A stretch of DNA of 64,000 nucleotides from an uncultured virus (IMG/VR IMGVR_UViG_3300047548_000908) (Duplodnaviria > Heunggongvirae > Uroviricota > Caudoviricetes). Both the position numbers and the translations under genes were made by a program. Position 1 is the first letter of the stretch. The number at the start of each line of letters is the position of its first letter. Under the pieces are notes generated by a model. It did not search any database. It saw only the letters and a list, made by a program, of their open reading frames with translations, and was not told the origin of the DNA. Where the stretch lies: positions 1 to 64,000 of the IMG/VR virus record IMGVR_UViG_3300047548_000908; one strand, written 5' to 3'. This document shows, in pieces, positions 26,424 to 36,373 of the stretch.

Positions 26424-26702
26424 ATGACAGAACTTAGATGGGTAATTAGAAACGGAGAAAGGGTGTTGCAGTATCGTATCAAAGCTGATACTACCTTCTA
26501 TGCAGGACTAGGTCCGTTTGATACAAGCCAAAGAAACATTCAGTGGTCGCCTTGGGTTGACGTTCCCCTGGGAGTAGAAGATAACACCGTCACGTTTACT
26601 ACTACAACCATTGGTTGTCCGGTGTGTGGGCTAGGAGAAAACGGTGAAGTCACCGGCTATGTCTGCTACAGAAACGACTGCCCCACAAAAGCAACATGCT
26701 GA
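26424..26702 (+). CDS. Hypothetical protein with Cys motif
   Basis: MTELRW..., CPVC...C...C. Confidence 0.6.
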   Translation: MTELRWVIRNGERVLQYRIKADTTFYAGLGPFDTSQRNIQWSPWVDVPLGVEDNTVTFTTTTIGCPVCGLGENGEVTGYVCYRNDCPTKATC

Positions 26703-27037
26703 AGTGTAAAAAGTGCGGGGATGAAATTCATCCCAATTTTCCATGTGAGGAGATACGAATGCTAAGAGAAGATCCAGACGATTTGGTCTATCGACTTAGA
26801 AAGCGAGCAGAGATTCGCCGACAGATTCCCGATCGTAAAAGTGTACAAGAAGGTAAGCCTGACCGCATTGCGGATATTTTGGAAGAAGCCGCAGATGAAA
26901 TCGAACGATTGCGTCCACTTGAGGATATCCCGAAGCCAGAACAAAAGAGTTGTTGTGTGTGTGGATCTACGGAAAACCTATTTGACGATGGTTGGTACGG
27001 ATATCGATGCCGATCCGACGATTGTATTACGTTCTAG
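26696..27037 (+). CDS. Hypothetical Zn-binding protein
   Basis: CKKC, CCVC; LVYRLRKRAEIRRQI. Confidence 0.6.
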   Translation: MLKCKKCGDEIHPNFPCEEIRMLREDPDDLVYRLRKRAEIRRQIPDRKSVQEGKPDRIADILEEAADEIERLRPLEDIPKPEQKSCCVCGSTENLFDDGWYGYRCRSDDCITF

Positions 27038-27111
27038 GTAGTAAAAAATCGGTTGACAAATAATACGTTTGGGCATATAATATGCTTATAGTCTGAAACG
27101 AGGAACTGAAA

Positions 27112-27645
27112 ATGACGACTCGCAACGAAATCATCGAACTTCTCCGCACGAACGACAAAGCTGTTGCCCGCGCACTGGTGGTCCTGACTGAGCGTCAGAC
27201 TGCTGACGAGCAAAGGTCCGAGAACACGAAGTATGACAATGGTCGTGGTTTTCGTCCGTGTCATGCCCGCATGGGGACTTCGATGTCTAAGTTTTTCAAG
27301 GCTCGGGGTTACCTGACGGAAAAGCAGATTGCTTACTGGCGTGTTCCGCAGAAGGATGGCAAGATGCGTATCGAAATCTACGCGGGTCAGCTTCTGGATA
27401 TTGCCCAGCGCAAGGCTGCTGCAAAACAAGTCGCTGCCAAGTCTGGTGCTCAGTACGGTGTGTACACTCCTGCTACGAACATGAGGAAGGTCAATGGCGA
27501 GTGGACTCGCGAGGACGTTGGTAATTTTGAAGAAGCTCGCCTGGCTGAACGTGAAATCCAAGAAATGGAAGCTGCGGCTGAACGTAAGCAGACTGTGAAC
27601 GATGAACACAACAAGTTTCTGGCCCGTCTTCGGGCTGAGGGTTAA
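27112..27645 (+). CDS. Early hypothetical protein
   Basis: After a promoter module; RQTADEQ...NGRGF. Confidence 0.7.
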   Translation: MTTRNEIIELLRTNDKAVARALVVLTERQTADEQRSENTKYDNGRGFRPCHARMGTSMSKFFKARGYLTEKQIAYWRVPQKDGKMRIEIYAGQLLDIAQRKAAAKQVAAKSGAQYGVYTPATNMRKVNGEWTREDVGNFEEARLAEREIQEMEAAAERKQTVNDEHNKFLARLRAEG

Positions 27646-27647
27646 TC

Positions 27648-28100
27648 ATGAAAAAAGGTGAAATGCTGGACAAGATGCTGATGATCGCTACGAACGCGCA
27701 TCATGGGCAGTTTGATCGAGGCGGTAACCCCTACATTCTGCACCCTCTTAAGGTCATGCACTACCTCAAATCGGACGACGAAGAGCTTATGTGCATTGCC
27801 CTGGGGCATGACGTAATCGAGGACACTTCCGTCACCTACAAGGATCTGAGGGAAGCAGGCATCAGCGAGCGGGTCATCGAAGGTATTCGTGCGCTGACTA
27901 AGCAACCAGGTCAGACCTACGATGAATACAAAGAAGGCGTCTTTGCTAACGTAGATGCTATGCGAGTCAAGATGGCTGACCTTCGACACAATACCGACAT
28001 TCGGCGCCTGAAAGGCATCACAGAGAAAGATATTCAACGGATGGTGAAGTACCAGACGTTTTACATGGAACTCAAACTTAAACTGGAACAACTGAAATGA
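27648..28100 (+). CDS. HD-domain (p)ppGpp hydrolase-like protein (stand-alone SpoT/Mesh1 type)
   Basis: AHHGQFDRGGNPYILHP, HDVIEDT, VKMADLRHN. Confidence 0.85.
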   Translation: MKKGEMLDKMLMIATNAHHGQFDRGGNPYILHPLKVMHYLKSDDEELMCIALGHDVIEDTSVTYKDLREAGISERVIEGIRALTKQPGQTYDEYKEGVFANVDAMRVKMADLRHNTDIRRLKGITEKDIQRMVKYQTFYMELKLKLEQLK

Positions 28101-28318
28101 CTGAAACTGGAGTCACCCTGACCGTTTACTGTGATCTTGGCTATAAGTACGAGATTTCGGATGATGAGGTTCTCCAACTCACTTACGTCGAAGATAGGGA
28201 ATCTGGTGATTACCGCATCAACCTTTCTTTTGGTTCGATTGAGGAAATGGAAGCGGTTGCTAAGGCCATGCTGAAAGTTGCCCAACTGAAGAGGGAATTG
28301 GATGATCAAACCGGTTGA
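28097..28318 (+). CDS. Hypothetical protein
   Basis: ORF track, coupled start. Confidence 0.6.
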   Translation: MTETGVTLTVYCDLGYKYEISDDEVLQLTYVEDRESGDYRINLSFGSIEEMEAVAKAMLKVAQLKRELDDQTG

Positions 28319-28373
28319 CAGATAATTCATTTGGGCATATAATATATGTATTGATTGATTAGCGGAGCTTAAA

Positions 28374-28559
28374 ATGCTGCAAACACTGAATCAGTTCATC
28401 GTGCGTGTTGAATCCCTGAAAAACATCAGCGATGCCTACGATGTTTTCGAATTCGAATGCTCGGATAGTCTTCGTGATCATATCTATGACTTTGCCGACG
28501 AAGGTGCAACAGAGCCGTTCCGTGATGCGATGCACAACCTAGGTTTCGACACCTACTAA
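28374..28559 (+). CDS. Early hypothetical protein
   Basis: After a promoter, SD GGAG. Confidence 0.65.
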   Translation: MLQTLNQFIVRVESLKNISDAYDVFEFECSDSLRDHIYDFADEGATEPFRDAMHNLGFDTY

Positions 28560-28624
28560 AAGGTTGACAAATAATTAATTTGGGTGTATAATTACTTTAT
28601 ACACTGAACGAACAGGAGCAAACG

Positions 28625-28912
28625 ATGCGTAAGCAACAAGTGATCAAGGGTTTCAATAACAGCCAAAAAATTCGTGTCATTGTTGACGGTGTCGGCATCT
28701 ACATGACTGTCGGTGAAGTCGAGAGCAAGTTTGCTACTACCGCCCACTATCAGGCTACGAAGCAAGTCCTCGAAACTTTGGCCAAGGATCGTGCTGAAGG
28801 CAAACGTCTGCATGGTTGGTCGGGAGTTACGTCTGGTATGGCTACTAGCGTGACTGTCTATGTTCCGTCCGTCGGTTCGCGGAACATCGACGTTCAGGTT
28901 GACGTTCTTTAA
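28625..28912 (+). CDS. Early hypothetical protein
   Basis: After a promoter module. Confidence 0.7.
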   Translation: MRKQQVIKGFNNSQKIRVIVDGVGIYMTVGEVESKFATTAHYQATKQVLETLAKDRAEGKRLHGWSGVTSGMATSVTVYVPSVGSRNIDVQVDVL

Positions 28913-28923
28913 GAGGAAACAAA

Positions 28924-29202
28924 ATGACTCTCGGTATCTGTCCTGTTTGTAACGGCACTAAGGAACTCCCGCTCACTGAAGAGCAACTCACTTATTCTTG
29001 GAATAAAGGCAAGACTCACCGCGCATGTAATAATTGCGGCGGCCAAACTATGTGGGGTAAAGCCTATGGTCAAGTTCCCCTTCGTAGGGACAATGGTGAG
29101 CCCTGTGTGCATGAGTACACTTATGTTTCGCTGGGTCGTTGCCTGGAACGTTATATCTGCAAGCATTGCGGGTATCACTTTGATATCGATTCTGGAGATT
29201 AA
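28924..29202 (+). CDS. Zn-finger hypothetical protein
   Basis: CPVC, CNNC, CKHC. Confidence 0.65.
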   Translation: MTLGICPVCNGTKELPLTEEQLTYSWNKGKTHRACNNCGGQTMWGKAYGQVPLRRDNGEPCVHEYTYVSLGRCLERYICKHCGYHFDIDSGD

Positions 29203-29203
29203 T

Positions 29204-29833
29204 ATGACTGCATTGGAAATTGCAAAGCGGCGAGTAGAACTCGCAAAGGATGCGTTGGACTTTGTCAAAGACGCAGCTAATCAAGATAGAAAATTAACGC
29301 ATGAGAAGCACATCAATGGACACTATACCAAGGCTCTTCAAGAACTTGAGTCGGTCTTGAACGGTGCTCAAGCTTACCTAAAGCGTGTCGAAGTATTGGG
29401 AAGGTAAACAATGAATCAAGTCAACATTAAAAATGTAGTGGTACTTTCTTTGTTTTGGGTAAGTGTGGTGCTTTCTATCATCATTTTGCCCAGGATGATC
29501 GTAGGTCCTATTTTGATTATCATTGCATTGATCCAACTAGGATTTTGGTCAGTCTTTGTGGCAATGTGGATTACTGGCAGTAAACAAATTTGGGTAAAAG
29601 ACGAGCAACTGTAATTTCTTTTCTATAAGAAAAATAAGGAGTAAGCAATGACAGTTAAGGCAATGGTTTTTGCTTTTGCGATCATCTTCGTTTTTTGGTA
29701 CGGACTGTTGCCTATGTTCTCAGAGAAAGTAGCATTGACTATTACGTTGATGATCGCGGCATGGCAAATCGGTGGATGGGCAGCAATTCTCGGTAAGAAA
29801 GTTTTCCCTCATAACACTGATTCGGAAAAATAA
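29204..29833 (+). CDS. Three small hypothetical genes (29204-29407, 29411-29614 membrane, 29648-29833 membrane)
   Basis: SD-preceded short ORFs, two of them hydrophobic. Confidence 0.55.
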
Positions 29834-29846
29834 ACAAAGAAAATAT

Positions 29847-29875
29847 TTGACAGTGTAGATTCAAACATATATACT
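29847..29875 (+). promoter_or_regulatory. Sigma70 promoter for ncRNAs
   Basis: TTGACA-17-TATACT. Confidence 0.8.
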
Positions 29876-29890
29876 GTTAGTTAGAGCTTT

Positions 29891-29988
29891 AGATTAGATA
29901 CAGCAATTTTATATAACTATGGGTCTGGTTCGCCGGACGAGGTGAGTTTCGATTTCTCACTGTAAACAAAAAGTAGGAATCTAATCTG
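29891..29988 (+). ncRNA. Stem-CAGCAA RNA with a UUCG hairpin and T-arm-like hairpin (Y-RNA-like candidate)
   Basis: AGATTAGAT/ATCTAATCT stem, ACAGCAA, GTCTGG-TTCG-CCGGAC, GTGAG-TTTCGATTT-CTCAC. Confidence 0.6.
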
Positions 29989-29999
29989 TTTTCTTAATT

Positions 30000-30256
30000 A
30001 GGATGAGTACAGCAACAAAAAAATACTACGGCAACTGCTATAGACGGTGACTGGAGAGTAGCATAGAAATATGTTTCCCGAAAGGGACACTAAAGGAATA
30101 GATAGCGCAGGGCGAATCCTGATATGTTTCTAACGCAGACACAAGGTTAGATAGGCTACAAGAATTGTATGCTAGGGTTGCGGTGACTAGATCACACCTG
30201 TAGAGGGTGAGGGGATGAGGCAACCAGAAAATAAAATAGCGGTCAACACCATCCTG
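30000..30256 (+). ncRNA. ~255-nt multi-hairpin stem-CAGCAA RNA
   Basis: AGGATG/CATCCT closing stem, ACAGCAA, six or more internal hairpins, no plausible + strand ORF. Confidence 0.55.
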
Positions 30257-30276
30257 CAACTACTCAAAGGAATTAC

Positions 30277-30798
30277 ATGAAATATAAACCTAACTTCACA
30301 CTTCATATCACAAACCTAGAAATGGCACAAGAACTTATAAAGAGGAACTGGCATGACTTAGCCGTAACTTTGCTTGGCCCTGTTCGTAACGAATTCGGTA
30401 GAGTGAAGCCCACGCTATATAGCTCTGGAGTCAATCATCTGAGAATCGTAGTAGATGATATTGATTTTCCAATGGAAGGGTGGATTCATCCCGAACCGCA
30501 GCATGTAGAAAAGCTTCTAGCTCACACTAAGAATATCAAACCTAATGACAATGTTCTTATTCATTGTAGGGCAGGTATTAGCCGAAGTACGTCTGCTTCA
30601 ATTATCACTTTAGTGCAACATGGTGCGACACCAAAAGAGGCATTTGACTATGTTCATAGTATTAGACCTCAAATGTTTCCAAACGTTTTGCTTTTAGAAT
30701 GTGCAGACAAAGTGATGGGACTTAAACACGCCCTAGTTAATGAAATGACTAGGTGGGAAACTGAAAACCCTAATTCAGGAAGATACGTCTACCAGTAA
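30277..30798 (+). CDS. Protein-tyrosine/dual-specificity phosphatase-like
   Basis: HCRAGISRS (CX5R) motif. Confidence 0.85.
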   Translation: MKYKPNFTLHITNLEMAQELIKRNWHDLAVTLLGPVRNEFGRVKPTLYSSGVNHLRIVVDDIDFPMEGWIHPEPQHVEKLLAHTKNIKPNDNVLIHCRAGISRSTSASIITLVQHGATPKEAFDYVHSIRPQMFPNVLLLECADKVMGLKHALVNEMTRWETENPNSGRYVYQ

Positions 30799-31239
30799 TG
30801 CTTTTGGCACAGCACCTAGTACCCTTGTTGTAGCTTGTCTAGTATTGCCAGCCATAATCCATAAACCACGAGAACCTTTTAATATTATAGGCAATGGAAG
30901 TTTAGCATTGTTGGTTATACCTGCAACTATTCGGTTTACATTCCTTGGCATATGATAAGAACTTACCATGTCTTCGATATCTTCAATGGAATTGTTCTTT
31001 GTCAAGTTTTGAACATCAGGTAATGCGTCAATCTCAACAACTTTTGCTGAGTCCAATCCTTGTTTAAAACTTTCTATGTCAGGGAAGAGTGGAAACCTTG
31101 CTCCTATCCGCGATGCTCTTGCCTTCCACTTTGACATTTCTTTGAGTTTGTATTCCTCAAAGTCATCGTTCAAACTCTGTTCGTTATAACGAACCCAATT
31201 GTTGTAAAGTTTGGGAGATTCTATTTCAAATATTTTCAT
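30775..31239 (-). CDS. Hypothetical protein, ParB/Srx-like C-terminus
   Basis: PIILKG...IMAGNTR; MKIFEI N-terminus. Confidence 0.5.
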   Translation of the reverse strand: MKIFEIESPKLYNNWVRYNEQSLNDDFEEYKLKEMSKWKARASRIGARFPLFPDIESFKQGLDSAKVVEIDALPDVQNLTKNNSIEDIEDMVSSYHMPRNVNRIVAGITNNAKLPLPIILKGSRGLWIMAGNTRQATTRVLGAVPKALLVDVSS

Positions 31240-31356
31240 GGTATAGTATTTAGTATTTGCCCAAAATAGTTGAAGTTATTATAGAATGACAATATAATAT
31301 ACTCATAAGTTTAGAAACAGCAAACTTAATTTAATCACTAAACTGAAAGGAAACAA

Positions 31357-32775
31357 ATGAACTCTTTTGCAAACGCAGTAGCAAATCAAGAAGCTCGTAC
31401 CGCAAATGGTATGAAGGCTCGTAAATCCACAACTAACGCCTGTGTGGACCTGTTCTATAAAATTGGCGCTTCACGAGGAAAGGACATTGTTCCTGACTTC
31501 GTAGCAGCAATGGTTGAAAGCAAAGACCTTGCGCTTAGAATTGTGCAATGGGCGCGAGATGCGCGTGGCGGCGCAGGTGAACGCCAGATTTTTCGTGACG
31601 TTCTAATCTTTTTGGAAAAGAATGATCCCGATAGTGCGTTGAAACTTATCGCCAAAGTTCCTGAATTGGGGCGATGGGACGACCTGCTGATCTTTACCGA
31701 TCCTGTTCTAAAGAATGCAGCATTTGCGTTCATAGGTAATGCACTCAAGGCTGAAAATGGTCTTTGTGCAAAATGGATGCCTCGGCAAGGAAAGGTTGCG
31801 GTCGAACTTCGCAAATTTCTTGGACTGTCTCCTAAGCAGTATCGCAAGACGCTGGTCAATCTGACCAAGGTTGTCGAGCAGCAAATGTGTGCGAAGGACT
31901 GGGACAACATCAACTTTAGCCATGTGCCTTCTGTGGCTGCTGCACGTTACAAGAAAGCATTTAACCGCAATACTACCAAGTATGCGGAATATGTGCAGGC
32001 TTTGGTAAACGGTGATGTTGACGTTAAGGTCAATGCAGGTGCGGTATTCCCCTACGATGTCCTGAAGGGTATGATTACTCGTTATGTCAGCTACGACAAA
32101 ACTGAAACTTCACTTGTTGAAAAACAATGGGAAGCTTTGGAAAACTTCGTAGGTGACGCGAACATCCTACCAATGGTAGATGTCTCTGGTTCTATGACCT
32201 GCCCGGCAGGTGGTTACAGCTCCAAGAGCAAGTTGACTTGCCTTGAAGTGGCAGTTTCGTTGGGGCTGTATCTGTCGGACAAGAACACAGGTGCTTTTAA
32301 GGACATCTTTGCGACTTTCTCGGGCTCGCCGACTCTAGAAAATCTCAAAGGCACGATTGTTCAAAAGGCTCAACAAATGAACACCTCGTCTTGGGGAATG
32401 AACACGGATGTTATCAAGTGTTTTCAAAACATCTTGAATGTGGCGAAGAAAGGCAAAGTTCCTCAAGATGAAATGCCTGATATTCTGTTGATTCTTTCGG
32501 ACATGCAGTTTGACCAATGTGCTAAGTTTGATGATTCTGCACTAGAATCCGTAAAACGGCTGTATGCTGAAGCAGGATACGATGTGCCGAAGGTTGTGTT
32601 TTGGAATTTGAATGCATCGGATAACGTTCCTGTAAAGAGCAACGAAAAAGGAGTTGCTTTGGTGTCTGGGTTTTCTCCTGCAATCGTTCGTGCAGTGCTT
32701 GCGAATGATCTGGACGATTTTACCCCAGAAAATATTATGCTTAAAACTGTCATGATCGAAAGGTATGATGTATGA
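31357..32775 (+). CDS. DUF2828-type TROVE/vWA (Ro60-related) protein
   Basis: RDARGGAGER, GRWDDL, AKWMPR, DVSGSM MIDAS, SDMQFD, VFWNL, VSGFSP. Confidence 0.75.
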   Translation: MNSFANAVANQEARTANGMKARKSTTNACVDLFYKIGASRGKDIVPDFVAAMVESKDLALRIVQWARDARGGAGERQIFRDVLIFLEKNDPDSALKLIAKVPELGRWDDLLIFTDPVLKNAAFAFIGNALKAENGLCAKWMPRQGKVAVELRKFLGLSPKQYRKTLVNLTKVVEQQMCAKDWDNINFSHVPSVAAARYKKAFNRNTTKYAEYVQALVNGDVDVKVNAGAVFPYDVLKGMITRYVSYDKTETSLVEKQWEALENFVGDANILPMVDVSGSMTCPAGGYSSKSKLTCLEVAVSLGLYLSDKNTGAFKDIFATFSGSPTLENLKGTIVQKAQQMNTSSWGMNTDVIKCFQNILNVAKKGKVPQDEMPDILLILSDMQFDQCAKFDDSALESVKRLYAEAGYDVPKVVFWNLNASDNVPVKSNEKGVALVSGFSPAIVRAVLANDLDDFTPENIMLKTVMIERYDV

Positions 32776-32999
32776 ACATGATTCTGCTGAGTGAAACAAG
32801 CGGATATCGAGTGTATGCAGAGGTGTTAAAGCCTCTGCATCCTAAAGATGCCGTGTGTCTTAAGATACACACCCAATGGGAAGACGCAAAAGATCCCGAA
32901 GGATTGCAAAACAAGCTGTCCCTCATGATCGATAAAAAGGCGTTGTCCAATTTAGAAACTTTGCTTTCCGTAATATCTAAGCAACTGAGGGAAAAATGA
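32772..32999 (+). CDS. Hypothetical protein
   Basis: ORF track, coupled start. Confidence 0.6.
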   Translation: MNMILLSETSGYRVYAEVLKPLHPKDAVCLKIHTQWEDAKDPEGLQNKLSLMIDKKALSNLETLLSVISKQLREK

Positions 33000-33430
33000 G
33001 TAACGAAAATAAAGTTTGGTCTATCCCAGTTCAAGAAGACAAGAACGGTGATGCATTCATTGAATTTCCTCCTGAACTAATCGAACAGGTTGGTTGGAAA
33101 GAAGGTGATCGTTTGAAGTGGACAGAACAGAAAGACGGTTCGTTCGTGCTGGAGAAAAAAGACACAGAAATGGTGCTAGTAGAAACTGTTTCTATGTTTA
33201 GAATTAGATACATGGTTGAGGTGCCTAAAGGTAAAGCAGAGTGGGCGCTTGATACAGTGACTTTGAATGAGGCTCAAGAATTCAGCCAAGTTCATTTGGA
33301 TGAAACTATTGTTTCTCATCGAGTTGTTTCTAATGAGGAAGCTCTACAGCTTTGCGACAAGGATAATGAATATGCTCAATCGTGGCCAGCAGACAAAAAG
33401 ATAGACATATTTTTCACCACTGTTAAATAG
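32996..33430 (+). CDS. AbrB/MazE-like domain protein
   Basis: IEFPPELIEQVGWKEGDRL. Confidence 0.6.
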   Translation: MSNENKVWSIPVQEDKNGDAFIEFPPELIEQVGWKEGDRLKWTEQKDGSFVLEKKDTEMVLVETVSMFRIRYMVEVPKGKAEWALDTVTLNEAQEFSQVHLDETIVSHRVVSNEEALQLCDKDNEYAQSWPADKKIDIFFTTVK

Positions 33431-33483
33431 TTTACCTGCGTTATACAAGTTATTGTATAACGCAATTTTATTTAGGAAAAAAT

Positions 33484-34329
33484 ATGAAAATTGCAATTGC
33501 CAGTGACCTTCATTTAGAGTTTGGGCCAATTGAGTTCAAAAACGAAGGTGCGGATGTTTTAATTTTGTCCGGTGATATTTTGGTTGCATCTGACTTTGAT
33601 CGCAACCTTCCTCTATTCGAAGAATGGAAAGAAGGTAAAGTCGATCATTTGGGCAAACGTCAGAATGCAGCGATGAAGTACTTAACCTTTTTGGAAATGT
33701 GCAGTAAAGAGTTCCCTCATGTTATCTACGTCGCAGGAAACCATGAGTTCTATCAGGGTAAATGGGTAAAGTCTTTGTCTTTGTTGAAGGAAGTAACCTC
33801 CTTTTTTGGTAACATTTACTTCCTAGAAAGGGAAGTCAAGGTCATCGATGATATTACTTTTGTTGGATCGACTCTTTGGACAGACCTGAATAAGGGAGAT
33901 CCTCTAACTCAACATGCAATTTCTGACATGATGAATGACTACCGAATGATAGTCAACGATGAAGCTGGGTTCACAAAACTTCGTCCATCTCATACCATTA
34001 CTCGACATAAACAATCTTTGGATTACATTAAACTAGTTACAGAGGGGAAAGACAACGAAAAATTTGTTGTAGTAGGACATCATTCACCTAGTACTAGAAG
34101 TATTCCAGATTGGTATCGAAACGACACCTTGATGAATGGAGCGTACAGTAGTGATCTTAGTGATTTTATTTTAGATCGTCCTCAAATTAAACTTTGGACT
34201 CATGGACATACTCATGAACCTTTTGACTACGAAATCGGGAGTACAAGAATCGTATGTAATCCAAGGGGTTATATTGGGTATGAAACTCAAGCCAAAAACT
34301 TTAAACTTAAGTATGTGGATGTTGTATGA
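33484..34329 (+). CDS. Calcineurin-like metallophosphoesterase
   Basis: SDLHLE, GDI, GNHE, HH, HGHTH. Confidence 0.9.
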   Translation: MKIAIASDLHLEFGPIEFKNEGADVLILSGDILVASDFDRNLPLFEEWKEGKVDHLGKRQNAAMKYLTFLEMCSKEFPHVIYVAGNHEFYQGKWVKSLSLLKEVTSFFGNIYFLEREVKVIDDITFVGSTLWTDLNKGDPLTQHAISDMMNDYRMIVNDEAGFTKLRPSHTITRHKQSLDYIKLVTEGKDNEKFVVVGHHSPSTRSIPDWYRNDTLMNGAYSSDLSDFILDRPQIKLWTHGHTHEPFDYEIGSTRIVCNPRGYIGYETQAKNFKLKYVDVV

Positions 34330-34342
34330 ATAAATATAAGCT

Positions 34343-35551
34343 ATGTCAGATGAAAACGAAAAATCCACAGTGTGTTCATTTTGCGGGAAAAACAAATCCG
34401 TAGTCAAACGCCTGGTCGTAGGACACTCCGCGTCAATATGCAATGAATGCATTGATCTGTGCGGTCATTTAGTACACGGTAACACGATATCTCCTGCGAA
34501 ACAAGAAGAGTCTTCGGAACTCTTTGATCCTAGAAAAATCAAAGAGTTTCTAGATGAATATGTGATTGGACAAGATGATGCTAAAGTTGTTCTTAGCGTA
34601 GCCGTTGCAAATCACTACAAACGTATAAACAAACCTTCATTGGATCTAGAGATAGAAAAAGGCAATATTCTTTTAATGGGTCCCACGGGTAGTGGAAAAA
34701 CATATCTTGCTAAGACTATAGCCAAATACCTAAATGTTCCTTTTGTAGTCGCCGATGCCACTGGATTAACTGAAGCAGGTTACGTAGGGGATGATGTCGA
34801 GAGTATCATTGGTATGCTTTTTAATGCATCGGGAGGAAGCAAAGAACGAACTGAGCGAGGAATCGTTTTCATCGATGAGATTGACAAGATTGCAAAGAAA
34901 CAGGCTAGAAATAGTGCAGGTAGAGATATCTCGGGCGAGGGAGTTCAGCAGGGTCTCTTAAAGTTAATAGAAGGAACTAAGTGTAGATTACCTGTTACTA
35001 AGACATCAAAGAAACAATCTACCAATGAAGTAATAGAAATTGACACGACCAATATTCTTTTTATTGCAGGTGGAGCCTTTGCAGGGTTGACTGAAGTCAT
35101 TGCAGAAAGAATGAATGAGGTTACTATAGGGTTTAATGCTCCATCTAAAATCGAAAACGTCGCCGGCAATCTCAAATACGTCACTACAGATGACCTGTTA
35201 AAATTTGGAATGATTCCTGAATTCGTAGGTAGGTTTGCGACAAAGGTGAGCATAAATGAACTTACAAAGGATGACATGGTTCACATCTTGACTGAAGTCA
35301 AGAATAACTATATATTGCAATATAAACACCTGTTTAGTATAGATGAAATTCAGTTGTCATTTACGGACGAGGCAATTGAATTGATAGCGGAAAATACGTT
35401 AAAGCATAAAACAGGTGCTAGGGGGTTGCACGAAGAACTTGAAAAGGTTCTAATGCAGCATATGTTTAACGTTAAAAAATACTACGATCAAGGACTAAGA
35501 GTGCTAAATATCGATAAGGAGAAGGTGATAACACCAACAGCATTATGTTAA
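34343..35551 (+). CDS. clpX: ATP-dependent Clp protease ATPase ClpX
   Basis: C4 zinc finger, GPTGSGKT, EAGYVGDDVE, IGF loop, TGARGL. Confidence 0.95.
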   Translation: MSDENEKSTVCSFCGKNKSVVKRLVVGHSASICNECIDLCGHLVHGNTISPAKQEESSELFDPRKIKEFLDEYVIGQDDAKVVLSVAVANHYKRINKPSLDLEIEKGNILLMGPTGSGKTYLAKTIAKYLNVPFVVADATGLTEAGYVGDDVESIIGMLFNASGGSKERTERGIVFIDEIDKIAKKQARNSAGRDISGEGVQQGLLKLIEGTKCRLPVTKTSKKQSTNEVIEIDTTNILFIAGGAFAGLTEVIAERMNEVTIGFNAPSKIENVAGNLKYVTTDDLLKFGMIPEFVGRFATKVSINELTKDDMVHILTEVKNNYILQYKHLFSIDEIQLSFTDEAIELIAENTLKHKTGARGLHEELEKVLMQHMFNVKKYYDQGLRVLNIDKEKVITPTALC

Positions 35552-35766
35552 TAAAGGGACTAAAAGTAACAGTACATGACGACAACGTTGACCGCGCTCT
35601 GCGAAAGTTTAAAAAGACAGTTGCAGACGCAGGTCTACTGCAAGAAGTAAAAGAACGTCAGGAGTTTATAAAACCAACTACGAAAAAGAAAATGGCAAAG
35701 AACCAAGCTATTCGTAGATGGAAAAAGTATCTTAGGGATCAAACAGTCCCTAAGAAGAATTTTTAA
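35545..35766 (+). CDS. rpsU: Ribosomal protein bS21
   Basis: NVDRALRKFKK...GLLQEVKERQEFIKP. Confidence 0.85.
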   Translation: MLIKGLKVTVHDDNVDRALRKFKKTVADAGLLQEVKERQEFIKPTTKKKMAKNQAIRRWKKYLRDQTVPKKNF

Positions 35767-35872
35767 CCAAAATAGTATACTATACTGCCGTAAAGTAGTA
35801 TAAATAGATATGAGGTGCTCATGGTGAGGCCTCATTTATGTCATAACTTGCTTATTATAAAGGAGAAAACAC

Positions 35873-36313
35873 ATGACAAATCTATCATTGCGTTCGCTTA
35901 ACCTACCTGAGATTCATCGGTTTGCGTTAGGGTTTGAATCTCTATTTGATGAACTAAGCCGTTCTATTCAAAAGAATCCTACGTATCCTCCGTATAACGT
36001 ATTGAAGATCGACCAAGATCAATTCGCTATTCAGATGGCAGTTGCTGGATTCAAAGAAGGCGACATCGAAGTTCAAGTTGAACGTAATCAACTTGTGGTT
36101 AAAGGAACACAGTCTCACTCAGACGAAGAACCTAAACCACAGTATCTGTATAGGGGTATTAGTTCTAGATCCTTTTCACTATCGTGGCCTATCTACGATA
36201 ATATCAAAGTAACTAATGCCGAAATGGCAAACGGGATTCTGACGATCAACTTTGAAAGAGTTGTTCCGGAAGAAGAAAAACCCAAGAAAATTGCAATCAC
36301 CTACACTAAATAA
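35873..36313 (+). CDS. Small heat-shock protein (IbpA-like)
   Basis: YPPYN, AVAGF, YLYRGIS, NGILTI, PEEEKPKKIAI. Confidence 0.92.
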   Translation: MTNLSLRSLNLPEIHRFALGFESLFDELSRSIQKNPTYPPYNVLKIDQDQFAIQMAVAGFKEGDIEVQVERNQLVVKGTQSHSDEEPKPQYLYRGISSRSFSLSWPIYDNIKVTNAEMANGILTINFERVVPEEEKPKKIAITYTK

Positions 36314-36373
36314 TATAATAGTGTAACAACTACGAGAGGGGATTCTCCCCTCTCATCTTAGATAGGGAAAAAA

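Larger units (their letters stand above)
24689..28625 (+). repeat. Repeated early promoter/leader module (at least 7 copies)
   Basis: TTGACAAATAAT-N-TTTGGGCGTATAATTACTTTATACACTGAACGAACAGGA variants at 24689, 25199, 25469, 25788, 27053, 28315, 28564. Confidence 0.85.

Noticed and set aside
30000..30256. tmRNA, RNase P RNA or group I intron
   Set aside because: No GGGGC...TCCACCA tRNA-like ends or tag ORF, and no recognisable P4 or P7 core sequences by eye
35810..35872. RNA thermometer before the sHSP gene
   Set aside because: The hairpin at 35810-35835 does not cover the SD, and no ROSE or fourU motif is visible
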